A DNA stretch of 64,000 bases from Candidatus Omnitrophota bacterium (GTDB lineage: Bacteria > Ratteibacteria > UBA8468 > MWAK01). The notes under the pieces were generated by a model. That model was not told the DNA's origin, did no database searches, and saw only the letters and a list, made by a program, of their open reading frames with translations. Positions within the stretch are counted from its first letter, which is position 1; every line of letters starts with the position of its first letter. The DNA lies in assembly GCA_043826355.1 (NCBI GenBank), contig JBDRQI010000030.1, forward strand, positions 32,001 to 96,000, read 5' to 3'. The translations under genes and the position numbers were made by a program. Positions 56,820 through 64,000 of the stretch are shown here, one piece after another.

Positions 56820-58637
56820 ATGTTTATGTATAACTTGTGGTTGAACCTCCGTAAACTGGAGAAATATTTTAAGATCTCCTGGGGCCTGCTGGTCGCTTCT
56901 GTCTTCCTGATGGCAATTGACGCCCTGTTAGGCGGTATTTCTGTATCTGCAGTCGCTCCGCTTATTGACCGGGTTTTTAACAAGGTTGAATTCGTTCTGC
57001 CGCCCGACCTGCCTCATTTTTTAAATAATTCCCTTTCCGGCATCTTAGAAATAATCAACCGCCTGCCGCCCCTCGTCCTTTTAAGAAATATGCTGGCAAT
57101 TGTTTTTACGGTGATAGCCGTAAAAGCGGTTGTTGCTTTTTTCCAGATATATTTCAATAACAAATTTGCCCTGATTATTATTAACCGGCTGCGGATGAGA
57201 ATCTTTGAAAAATATCTCCGCGCGCCCCTTTCCGAAAGCCAGAAGAAGAAGGTGGGCGAACGGATTTCCCATTTTACTTACGATGTCGGAATTCTTAATT
57301 CAACCCTGAACAGCACCCTCTCCAAACTGATACTCAATTTCTTCCAGGTAATTGTTTACTTTTCAATCATTCTCTTGATTAACTGGCGGCTTACCCTTCT
57401 TTCGCTTCTAATTCTGCCTGCTTTTGCCCTGCCGCTGGCGCAGATAGGCGGTAAGATACGGAAATTAACCAAAAAGAGCCAGGTCTCTTTCGGCAAGGTA
57501 AACAGTTATATTCAGGAAGTTCTGGTAAACCTGCCGGTGGTCAAGGCGTACGTAGCGGAAAACCGTGAGAAGGAACGTTTTGACCGGGAAATCAGAAACT
57601 TTTTCCGTCTTTCCTTGAAGAGCGTCAAACGCCATGCCACCCTTGCCCAGATTACGGAACTGGTGGCCGCAATTGCCGCTGTTTTGTTGCTCTATTTCGG
57701 CGCCCGGCTGGTAGCCAGAAGTGTTTTAACCATCGGCCATTTTATGGTTTTTATCGTCGGTCTTTTCGCCGCTTTTTCGCCGTTGAAGACAATCATCAAT
57801 AACCTGGCCAGCCTCCAAACAGCGGCCGCGGTCTTTCCGCGGGTCTTTTCCGTGTTGGAGGAAGAAGACGAAAAAGAGACCGGAGAGAAGATAGTTTCCG
57901 GATTTGCTTCCGAGATAGTTTTTGATTCGGTCTCATTCCGTTACGGGGGCAAGAAACTGGTTCTGGACGGACTTTCATTCCGGTTGGGCCGGGGCAAGCG
58001 GCTGGGTATTGTGGGTGAGAGCGGAGTCGGCAAAACCACCATCATCAATCTTTTGCTCCGGTTTTACCAGCCGACCGGGGGTCGGATTACGATTGACGAT
58101 ATTCCGGTTTGCCGCTTTACTCTCCACAGTTACCGGCGAATCTTCGGGCTGGTAACCCAGGACTCGCTTCTTTTCAACGATACGATTGCCAACAACATTA
58201 TTTACGGAAGGCCGGACGCCAGGCCGGAGGAAGTTGTAGAAGCAGCCCGGGTTGCCAATATCCATTCCCTGATTGAATCCCTGCCGGAAAAGTATGATAC
58301 CTTGATTGGGGAACGGGGAGCCCTTCTTTCCGGCGGAGAGAGGCAGCGGCTGGCTTTGGCCCGGGCGGTTCTGGCCGACCCGAAAATTTTGATTTTGGAC
58401 GAGGCGACCAGCAACCTTGATTCCGAATCCGAGCGCCTGGTCCAGGACGCGATGGAGAAGGTAATTGCCGGCCGAACCTGTCTGATAATCGCCCACCGGC
58501 TGTCAACCCTGCGAAACTGCGATTGGATTATTGTTTTGGAGAAAGGGAAGATTTTGGAGGAAGGCACGCACCGGGAACTTCTGGAAAAACAGGGACGTTA
58601 CCACTATCTGTACGCCCTTCAACAAAGAAAAACATAA
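56820..58637 (+). CDS. msbA: MsbA-like ABC exporter (probable lipid A flippase)
   Basis: TMD + NBD, GESGVGKT, LSGGERQR, LDEATS; adjacent to lpxB. Confidence 0.85.
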   Translation: MFMYNLWLNLRKLEKYFKISWGLLVASVFLMAIDALLGGISVSAVAPLIDRVFNKVEFVLPPDLPHFLNNSLSGILEIINRLPPLVLLRNMLAIVFTVIAVKAVVAFFQIYFNNKFALIIINRLRMRIFEKYLRAPLSESQKKKVGERISHFTYDVGILNSTLNSTLSKLILNFFQVIVYFSIILLINWRLTLLSLLILPAFALPLAQIGGKIRKLTKKSQVSFGKVNSYIQEVLVNLPVVKAYVAENREKERFDREIRNFFRLSLKSVKRHATLAQITELVAAIAAVLLLYFGARLVARSVLTIGHFMVFIVGLFAAFSPLKTIINNLASLQTAAAVFPRVFSVLEEEDEKETGEKIVSGFASEIVFDSVSFRYGGKKLVLDGLSFRLGRGKRLGIVGESGVGKTTIINLLLRFYQPTGGRITIDDIPVCRFTLHSYRRIFGLVTQDSLLFNDTIANNIIYGRPDARPEEVVEAARVANIHSLIESLPEKYDTLIGERGALLSGGERQRLALARAVLADPKILILDEATSNLDSESERLVQDAMEKVIAGRTCLIIAHRLSTLRNCDWIIVLEKGKILEEGTHRELLEKQGRYHYLYALQQRKT

Positions 58638-58639
58638 CT

Positions 58640-58738
58640 GTCATTCCCGGCAGCCTGTCCCCGGGTTTGTCATCCTGAGCCGTGATTGCGAAGGATCTCT
58701 CTTTAACGACGGGATTCTTCGCTACCGCTCAGAATGAC
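58640..58738. repeat. GTCATCCTGAG...CTCAGAATGAC element (58669-58738) with partial GTCATTCCCG arm
   Basis: Near-identical to the 56747 copy; between convergent genes. Confidence 0.85.
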
Positions 58739-58742
58739 AACG

Positions 58743-60290
58743 TTACCCTTTCATCAACTTATAATCAATACTGTCTGTTAACGCCTGGAGGCTTGCCTCA
58801 ATGATATTTTCGGACAGGCCTACCGTCCCCCAGCTTTCGTTCTGGTCGGAGGACTCAATTAAAACCCGCACCTTGGCCGCGGTGGCTGCTTCCGGGTTGA
58901 GCACCCGCACCTTGTAGTCGGTCAACCGCATTTCAGCCAGCGCCGGATAGAATTTAATCAGCGCCTTCCGTAAAGCGGCGTCCAGGGCGTTGACCGGTCC
59001 GTCGCCTTCGGCGATCGTGTGTTCCGTTTTATCTCCCACCTTAACCTTGACGGCTGCTTCCGAAACCATCAGCCCGGTTTTCCGCTCCACGATGACCCGG
59101 AATTCTTTGAGGTGAAAGAACTTCGGCCGTTTCCCCAGTCCTTCCGCTACCAGGAGTTGGAAAGAACCGTCGGCCGCTTCAAATTGGTAGCCCTCTTTCT
59201 CCAGTTTGGTCAACCGTTCCAGAATTTTTTTCGTTTCCGGCCCCTTCTGTTTTATGCCGAAACGCGCAATTTTAAAGAGAATCGTGGCGCTGCCGGACAG
59301 CTCCGAAACCAGAATGCGGCGTTCGTTGCCGACCAGGGCCGGGTCGATATGTTCGTAACTTTTCGTCTCTTTCCTTACCGCATCCACGTGAACGCCGCCC
59401 TTGTGGGCAAAGGCGGAGATGCCGACGAACGGCTGGTTGTTGACCGGCACCAGGTTGGCCAGTTCATAGACATACCGGGAAAGGCCGCTGATCTGCTTCA
59501 GTTGTTCCGGTTCCAGGCATCGGCGGCCCATCTTCAACTGCAGGGTGGGAATGATGACCAGCAAGTCGGCGTTCCCGCACCGTTCGCCCAAACCGTTGAC
59601 GGTGCCCTGAACCTGGATGGCGCCCGCGGTAACTGCCGCCAGCGTATTGGCAACCGCCAATCCGCCGTCGTTATGGGTATGAATTCCCAGCGGTGTTTTT
59701 ATTCTTTTCTTAACTGCCGCGAAAGCGGCTGCTACCTGTTCGGGAAGGAAGCCGCCGTTGGTGTCGCACAGGACGATTCTTTCCGCGCCGGCTTCTTCGG
59801 CCGCCTGGACGGATTTTAAAGCGTATTCGGGATTTTCCCGGTATCCATCAAAAAAATGTTCCGCGTCAAAAAAAACGCGGCGTCCCTTTTTGCGCAGGTA
59901 TTCAATGGAGTTGGATATCAGGTCCAGATTTTCGGAAGAAGATATCCGCAGGACTTTTTTAACGTGCAAGTCCCAGGATTTGCCGAAGAGGGTAATTACC
60001 TCGGTCTCCGCCTCCAATAATTTCTGAAGGTTTTTATCGTTTGCCGCGGGCGCCCCAGCCCGGCAGGTACTGCCGAAAGCGGTGATTTTCGCTTTTTTCA
60101 AACTCAACTTGCGGGATTTTTGAAAGAACTCCTCGTCTTTGGGGTTGCTGCCCGGCCAGCCGCATTCGATATAGTCAAAGCCGAAATCGTCCAGTTTATG
60201 GACAATTTTGAACTTATCCTCCAGGGAAAAGGAGACCCGCTCTCCCTGGCTGCCGTCCCTTAATGTGGTATCATAAACCTCAATCTTCAT
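58743..60290 (-). CDS. cimA: Citramalate synthase (LeuA family)
   Basis: YDTTLRDG.Q, GWPGSNPKD, FGKSWDLHV, DAEHFFDG, HTHND, AFAHKGGVH; start ATG 60290 or 60302. Confidence 0.92.
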   Translation of the reverse strand: MKIEVYDTTLRDGSQGERVSFSLEDKFKIVHKLDDFGFDYIECGWPGSNPKDEEFFQKSRKLSLKKAKITAFGSTCRAGAPAANDKNLQKLLEAETEVITLFGKSWDLHVKKVLRISSSENLDLISNSIEYLRKKGRRVFFDAEHFFDGYRENPEYALKSVQAAEEAGAERIVLCDTNGGFLPEQVAAAFAAVKKRIKTPLGIHTHNDGGLAVANTLAAVTAGAIQVQGTVNGLGERCGNADLLVIIPTLQLKMGRRCLEPEQLKQISGLSRYVYELANLVPVNNQPFVGISAFAHKGGVHVDAVRKETKSYEHIDPALVGNERRILVSELSGSATILFKIARFGIKQKGPETKKILERLTKLEKEGYQFEAADGSFQLLVAEGLGKRPKFFHLKEFRVIVERKTGLMVSEAAVKVKVGDKTEHTIAEGDGPVNALDAALRKALIKFYPALAEMRLTDYKVRVLNPEAATAAKVRVLIESSDQNESWGTVGLSENIIEASLQALTDSIDYKLMKG

Positions 60291-60298
60291 AATCGTAA

Positions 60299-60414
60299 TC
60301 ATTGCGTGTCCGCCAGAGGCGGACACGCAATCTCGTTGCTAAAGAGAGATCCTTCGCAACTGCGGCTCAGAATGACAGATGGGTTTGTCATTCTGAGCGA
60401 TAGCGAAGAATCTC
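60299..60414. repeat. Composite palindromic repeat cluster in the cimA 5' region
   Basis: ATTGCGTGTCCGCC-AGA-GGCGGACACGCAAT; GAGATCCTTCG..CTCAGAATGAC; GTCATTCTGAG..GAATCTC. Confidence 0.85.
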
Positions 60415-60424
60415 GTTTTCAAAT

Positions 60425-60491
60425 AGTTTATCCCTTTTATACCTTCCCTGTCAAAGAAGAATTGACGGTTTAGGGCTGGAACGATTAAAAT
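60425..60491. promoter_or_regulatory. Back-to-back sigma70 promoters for cimA and xseB-uvrA
   Basis: Minus: TTGACA-18-TAAACT; plus: TTGACG-18-TAAAAT. Confidence 0.65.
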
Positions 60492-60500
60492 ATCTAAATC

Positions 60501-60776
60501 ATGGCTGCTAAAGAAAAAGAAAAGGGAAAAGAGAAGAAATTGAAATTCGAAGACGGTTTGAAGCGGTTGGAGGAGATTGTTGCCAAACTGGAATCCGGTA
60601 ATCTTCCGCTGGATGATTCGCTTAAGTTATTTGAAGAAGGCGTAAAACTGGTCCGTTTCTGCAACGCGCGGCTGGCAGAAGCCCAGCAAAAGGTGGAAGT
60701 GCTAACCAAGGACCAGGCAGGCAACGTTATTGGCAGCCAACCGTTTAATTCCGAAAATCCCAAAGATGACAACTGA
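60501..60776 (+). CDS. xseB: Exodeoxyribonuclease VII small subunit
   Basis: FE..L..LEEIV..LESG.L.L..SL..FEEG. Confidence 0.95.
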   Translation: MAAKEKEKGKEKKLKFEDGLKRLEEIVAKLESGNLPLDDSLKLFEEGVKLVRFCNARLAEAQQKVEVLTKDQAGNVIGSQPFNSENPKDDN

Positions 60777-60870
60777 TACCGGTTTGCATTCAGAAATAGA
60801 GCAAGCCGGAGGCTTACCTTCGGCAAGGCGGCAAAGCTAACGCCGCTATATGAATGAAGGCGAATCGGTA
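60777..60870. other. 94-nt highly structured element (candidate ncRNA or MITE)
   Basis: TACCGGTTTGC/GCGAATCGGTA and ATTCA/TGAAT stems closing three hairpins. Confidence 0.5.
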
Positions 60871-60878
60871 AACTAACC

Positions 60879-63650
60879 TTGGAAGAGAAGATTATTATCC
60901 GGGGTGCGCGGGAGCACAACCTCAAGGATATTGATTTAGAACTTCCCCGAAACAAACTCATCGTAGTTACCGGCGTATCCGGAAGCGGTAAATCGTCCCT
61001 GGCGTTTGACACCCTCTACGCGGAAGGCCAGCGCCGTTATATTGAAAGTCTTTCCGCTTACGCCCGCCAATTCCTGGAACAACTGCAGAAACCGGACGTG
61101 GAGCATATCTGGGGTCTGCCTCCGGCCATCGCGATTGAACAGCGCCGTTCCAGCGCCAACCCCCGTTCCACGGTCGCCACCATCACCGAAATATACGATT
61201 ACCTGCGCCTGCTTTTCAGCCGGGCCGGTATTCCGCATTGCCCTAAGTGTAAAACGGAGATAACGCGTCAGACCGTCCAGGAGATCACCGACAAAATTTT
61301 AGGCCTGCCGAAAGGTACCCCGGTGCAGATTCTATCTCCACTGGTCAGAGGACGGAAAGGGGAGTACCAGGAACTTTTTAACCAGACGGCCAAAGCCGGA
61401 TTCCTAAGGGTGCGGGTTGACGGAAAATTTCACGAGGTAAGCGAGCCGATTAAATTAAGCCGCTACAAGGTTCACAACATTGACGTCCTGGTGGATACTA
61501 TCCCGGTTTCCGGGTCGGAAAAGAAACGTATCACCGAATCGGTGGAAACCGGCTTGAAATTAGGCAAGAGTCTCCTGACGGTGAGCGCCTCCGGTAATGA
61601 CATCCTCTTTTCGGAACGCTACGCCTGCCCGACATGCGGGGCCAGTTTCGAAGAATTCACCCCGCGGATGTTCTCTTTTAACAGCCCTTACGGCGCCTGT
61701 ACCGGTTGTAAAGGATTGGGAACTAAGATTGTTTTCGATCCGGACCTGGTTGTGCCGGAAAAACGGAAAACCCTGAAAAACGGCGCCATCAAATCCTGGC
61801 ACAGTGCCGGCGGCCGTAACCTTTATTTTCACTACCGCTATCTCCTGCGGGACCTGGCAAAGGCAGCCGGATTTACCCTTGACTACCGGTTCTGCGACCT
61901 CACCAAGGAACAGAAAAGAGCGCTTCTCTACGGAAGCGAAGAATATGATTTTGAAGGCGTTATTCCTAACCTGGAGCGGCGTTACCTGGAAACGGAGAGT
62001 GAATACCGCCGGGAGGATTTGGCTCATTACATGCGGCAACTGCCCTGTCCGGAATGCAAGGGTGCGCGGCTGAAACCGGAATCTCTGGCCGTGACCGTTG
62101 CCGGGCGGAATATCTGGGATCTCTGCCGGATGTCGGTCGAGACGGCCATGAATTTATTCTCCGGCTTGAAACTTGACCAGCGCCGCGCCATCATCAGCAA
62201 ACAGGTTACCAAGGAAATTCGCAGCCGGCTCCAGTTCCTGGTTTCCGTCGGCCTGGAATACCTGACCCTGGACCGGGTGGGCCACACCCTTTCCGGCGGA
62301 GAGAGCGAGCGCATCCGGCTGGCAACCCAGGTGGGCAGCGGCCTGGTCGGCGTACTTTACATACTGGACGAGCCCAGCATTGGACTGCACCAGCGTGATA
62401 ACCGCAAACTCCTGACAACCCTTCGGGAACTTCGCGATCTGGGAAATACGGTGATGGTGGTTGAACATGACGAAGAGACGATTCGCAGCGCCGATTATCT
62501 GGTTGACCTCGGTCCGGGCGCCGGAATTTACGGTGGAAAGGTAGTAGCCGCCGGTCCGTTTTCCGCAATTTTGTCGGCGCCGGATTCCGTTACCGGCAAA
62601 TATCTTAAGCGGGAATTGGAAATCCCGGTTCCCCGGAAGCGCCGGCCGTTTGACGCGCAGCGTTACGTTGAAGTCAGGGGCGCCGCGGAATTTAACTTAA
62701 AAAAAATTGACGTTAAAATTCCGCTGGGTCTCTTTGTTTGCATCACCGGCGTGTCCGGTTCCGGCAAAAGTACGTTAGTGGATGAAATTATTCATAAAGG
62801 CCTGCGCCGGATTCTTTACGGAACCCGGGAACTGCCCGGAAAGCATAAGGATATCGTTAATGCCAACCTGATAAACAAGGTTATCGAAGTTGACCAATCG
62901 CCGATTGGCCGCACCCCGCGAAGTAATCCGGCAACCTATACCGGTCTCTTTACCGGTACCCGGGACCTTTTCAGCCGTCTGCCGGAATCGCGCTTGCGGG
63001 GTTATTCCTCCGGCCGGTTCAGTTTCAACGTTAAAGGCGGCCGTTGTGAAGCATGCCAGGGTGAGGGAATAACCAAAATTGAGATGCACTTCCTGCCGGA
63101 TATTTTCGTACCTTGCGAGGTCTGCCACGGCACCCGTTATAACCGGGAAACTCTGGAAATACTTTATAAAGGGAAGAGCATTGCGGAAGTTTTAAAGATG
63201 CAGATTCAGGAGGCCGCGGAGTTCTTCCGGAAGATTCCCGGCATCAGCGCCAAGATAGATATCCTGAACGAAGTGGGTCTTGGTTATCTGGAACTTGGCC
63301 AGCCGGCTACCACCCTTTCCGGCGGTGAAGCGCAGCGGATAAAATTAGCGGCGGAATTATGCCGCAAGGGGAGCCGGGGAACGCTTTATCTTTTGGACGA
63401 ACCGACCACCGGCCTGCACTTTGCGGATATCCAGAAACTGCTTAATCTTTTAAATAAACTGGTTGATAAGGAAAGCACCGTAGTGGTGATTGAGCACAAC
63501 CTGGACGTGATTAAGACCGCGGATTATATCATTGATTTAGGACCGGAAGGCGGGGACCGGGGCGGTTACGTGGTTGCCGCCGGGACCCCGGAGGAAGTGG
63601 CGCGGAACCCGAAATCGTATACCGGCCAATACTTAAAACCCCTGCTTTAA
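60879..63650 (+). CDS. uvrA: Excinuclease ABC subunit A
   Basis: GAREHNLK, two GVSGSGKS, LSGGE, LDEP, zinc fingers. Confidence 0.98.
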   Translation: MEEKIIIRGAREHNLKDIDLELPRNKLIVVTGVSGSGKSSLAFDTLYAEGQRRYIESLSAYARQFLEQLQKPDVEHIWGLPPAIAIEQRRSSANPRSTVATITEIYDYLRLLFSRAGIPHCPKCKTEITRQTVQEITDKILGLPKGTPVQILSPLVRGRKGEYQELFNQTAKAGFLRVRVDGKFHEVSEPIKLSRYKVHNIDVLVDTIPVSGSEKKRITESVETGLKLGKSLLTVSASGNDILFSERYACPTCGASFEEFTPRMFSFNSPYGACTGCKGLGTKIVFDPDLVVPEKRKTLKNGAIKSWHSAGGRNLYFHYRYLLRDLAKAAGFTLDYRFCDLTKEQKRALLYGSEEYDFEGVIPNLERRYLETESEYRREDLAHYMRQLPCPECKGARLKPESLAVTVAGRNIWDLCRMSVETAMNLFSGLKLDQRRAIISKQVTKEIRSRLQFLVSVGLEYLTLDRVGHTLSGGESERIRLATQVGSGLVGVLYILDEPSIGLHQRDNRKLLTTLRELRDLGNTVMVVEHDEETIRSADYLVDLGPGAGIYGGKVVAAGPFSAILSAPDSVTGKYLKRELEIPVPRKRRPFDAQRYVEVRGAAEFNLKKIDVKIPLGLFVCITGVSGSGKSTLVDEIIHKGLRRILYGTRELPGKHKDIVNANLINKVIEVDQSPIGRTPRSNPATYTGLFTGTRDLFSRLPESRLRGYSSGRFSFNVKGGRCEACQGEGITKIEMHFLPDIFVPCEVCHGTRYNRETLEILYKGKSIAEVLKMQIQEAAEFFRKIPGISAKIDILNEVGLGYLELGQPATTLSGGEAQRIKLAAELCRKGSRGTLYLLDEPTTGLHFADIQKLLNLLNKLVDKESTVVVIEHNLDVIKTADYIIDLGPEGGDRGGYVVAAGTPEEVARNPKSYTGQYLKPLL

Positions 63651-63706
63651 CATTTGTCCTATCCGGAGCATTGGATAGGGGACCCATATTCCCTTATGTA
63701 AAATAT

Positions 63707-63845
63707 GTCATTCCCGCATGTTTCAGGCGGGAATCTAAAACGTTTATCATTCCCGAATGCTTAGGTCGGAAATCTAAATTTTTTAAAGTGTGGATCCCCG
63801 TTTACTACGCACGGGGATGACAGAGAGGGCACACGCGGGAATGAC
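63707..63845. repeat. Cluster of TCATTCCCG..CGGGAAT palindromes
   Basis: Three to four units, partly inside the convergent gene's 3' end. Confidence 0.8.
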
Positions 63846-64000
63846 ATATTTTTTTGAAATTTTACCCCAAATACCTCCTCCATTCCCTTTACCAGCGCCT
63901 TTTTTATTACGGCGTCTTCGGGCCGGTGCCCCAGGATTTCCGAAATTGAAGTTGCTTTATCAAAAAAATCCTGAGGATTTCGAAAGACCCCGGCTATTAG
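63761..64000 (-). CDS. C-terminus of a probable lipoate-protein ligase family protein (5' end outside window)
   Basis: Open frame from 64000: ATSISEILG..IKKALVKGMEEVFGVKF, reading through repeats to TAA at 63761. Confidence 0.5.
   Translation of the reverse strand, partial: LIAGVFRNPQDFFDKATSISEILGHRPEDAVIKKALVKGMEEVFGVKFQKNMSFPRVPSLSSPCVVNGDPHFKKFRFPT

Noticed and set aside
60291..60326. Extended cimA N-terminus MSASGGHA from the ORF track
   Set aside because: That GTG lies within a palindromic repeat; homology starts at MKIEVYDTT.
60420..60878. LexA/SOS box for xseB-uvrA
   Set aside because: No convincing match to the LexA motifs I know; the lineage-specific motif is unknown.

Overview
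This is a chromosomal window from a diderm bacterium (lpxB/msbA, T2SS, outer-membrane beta-barrel). It may be an uncultured anaerobic lineage, but taxonomy cannot be fixed from sequence alone. In order it contains: the end of the dcw cluster (ddl-ftsQ-ftsA-ftsZ) plus coaB; two unannotated Lys/Ala-rich micro-ORFs with perfect Shine-Dalgarno (SD) sites; ahcY heading a methyltransferase-rich surface-glycan locus (flippase, glycosyltransferases, two GT-C enzymes, B12-type radical SAM, AT-rich core); a five-gene putative amino-sugar catabolic operon; a long minus-strand run (6S RNA, RarA::5-formyl-THF cyclo-ligase fusion, tRNA-Pro, ECF sigma/zinc anti-sigma, redox genes); priA-radical SAM-tmk-holB; a Tat/Fe-S module bounded by a 115-bp perfect direct repeat; a type Vd patatin; a glycoside-hydrolase-like gene; tRNA-Leu with a duplicated 3' end; gspG-I-J-K-L-M-lpxB-msbA; cimA; xseB-uvrA. 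Several families of short palindromic repeats occupy intergenic space and also sit in-frame inside genes, including one at the GspJ prepilin cleavage site. I saw no CRISPR array, integrase, transposase or prophage. All calls are by motif recognition; no searches were run.
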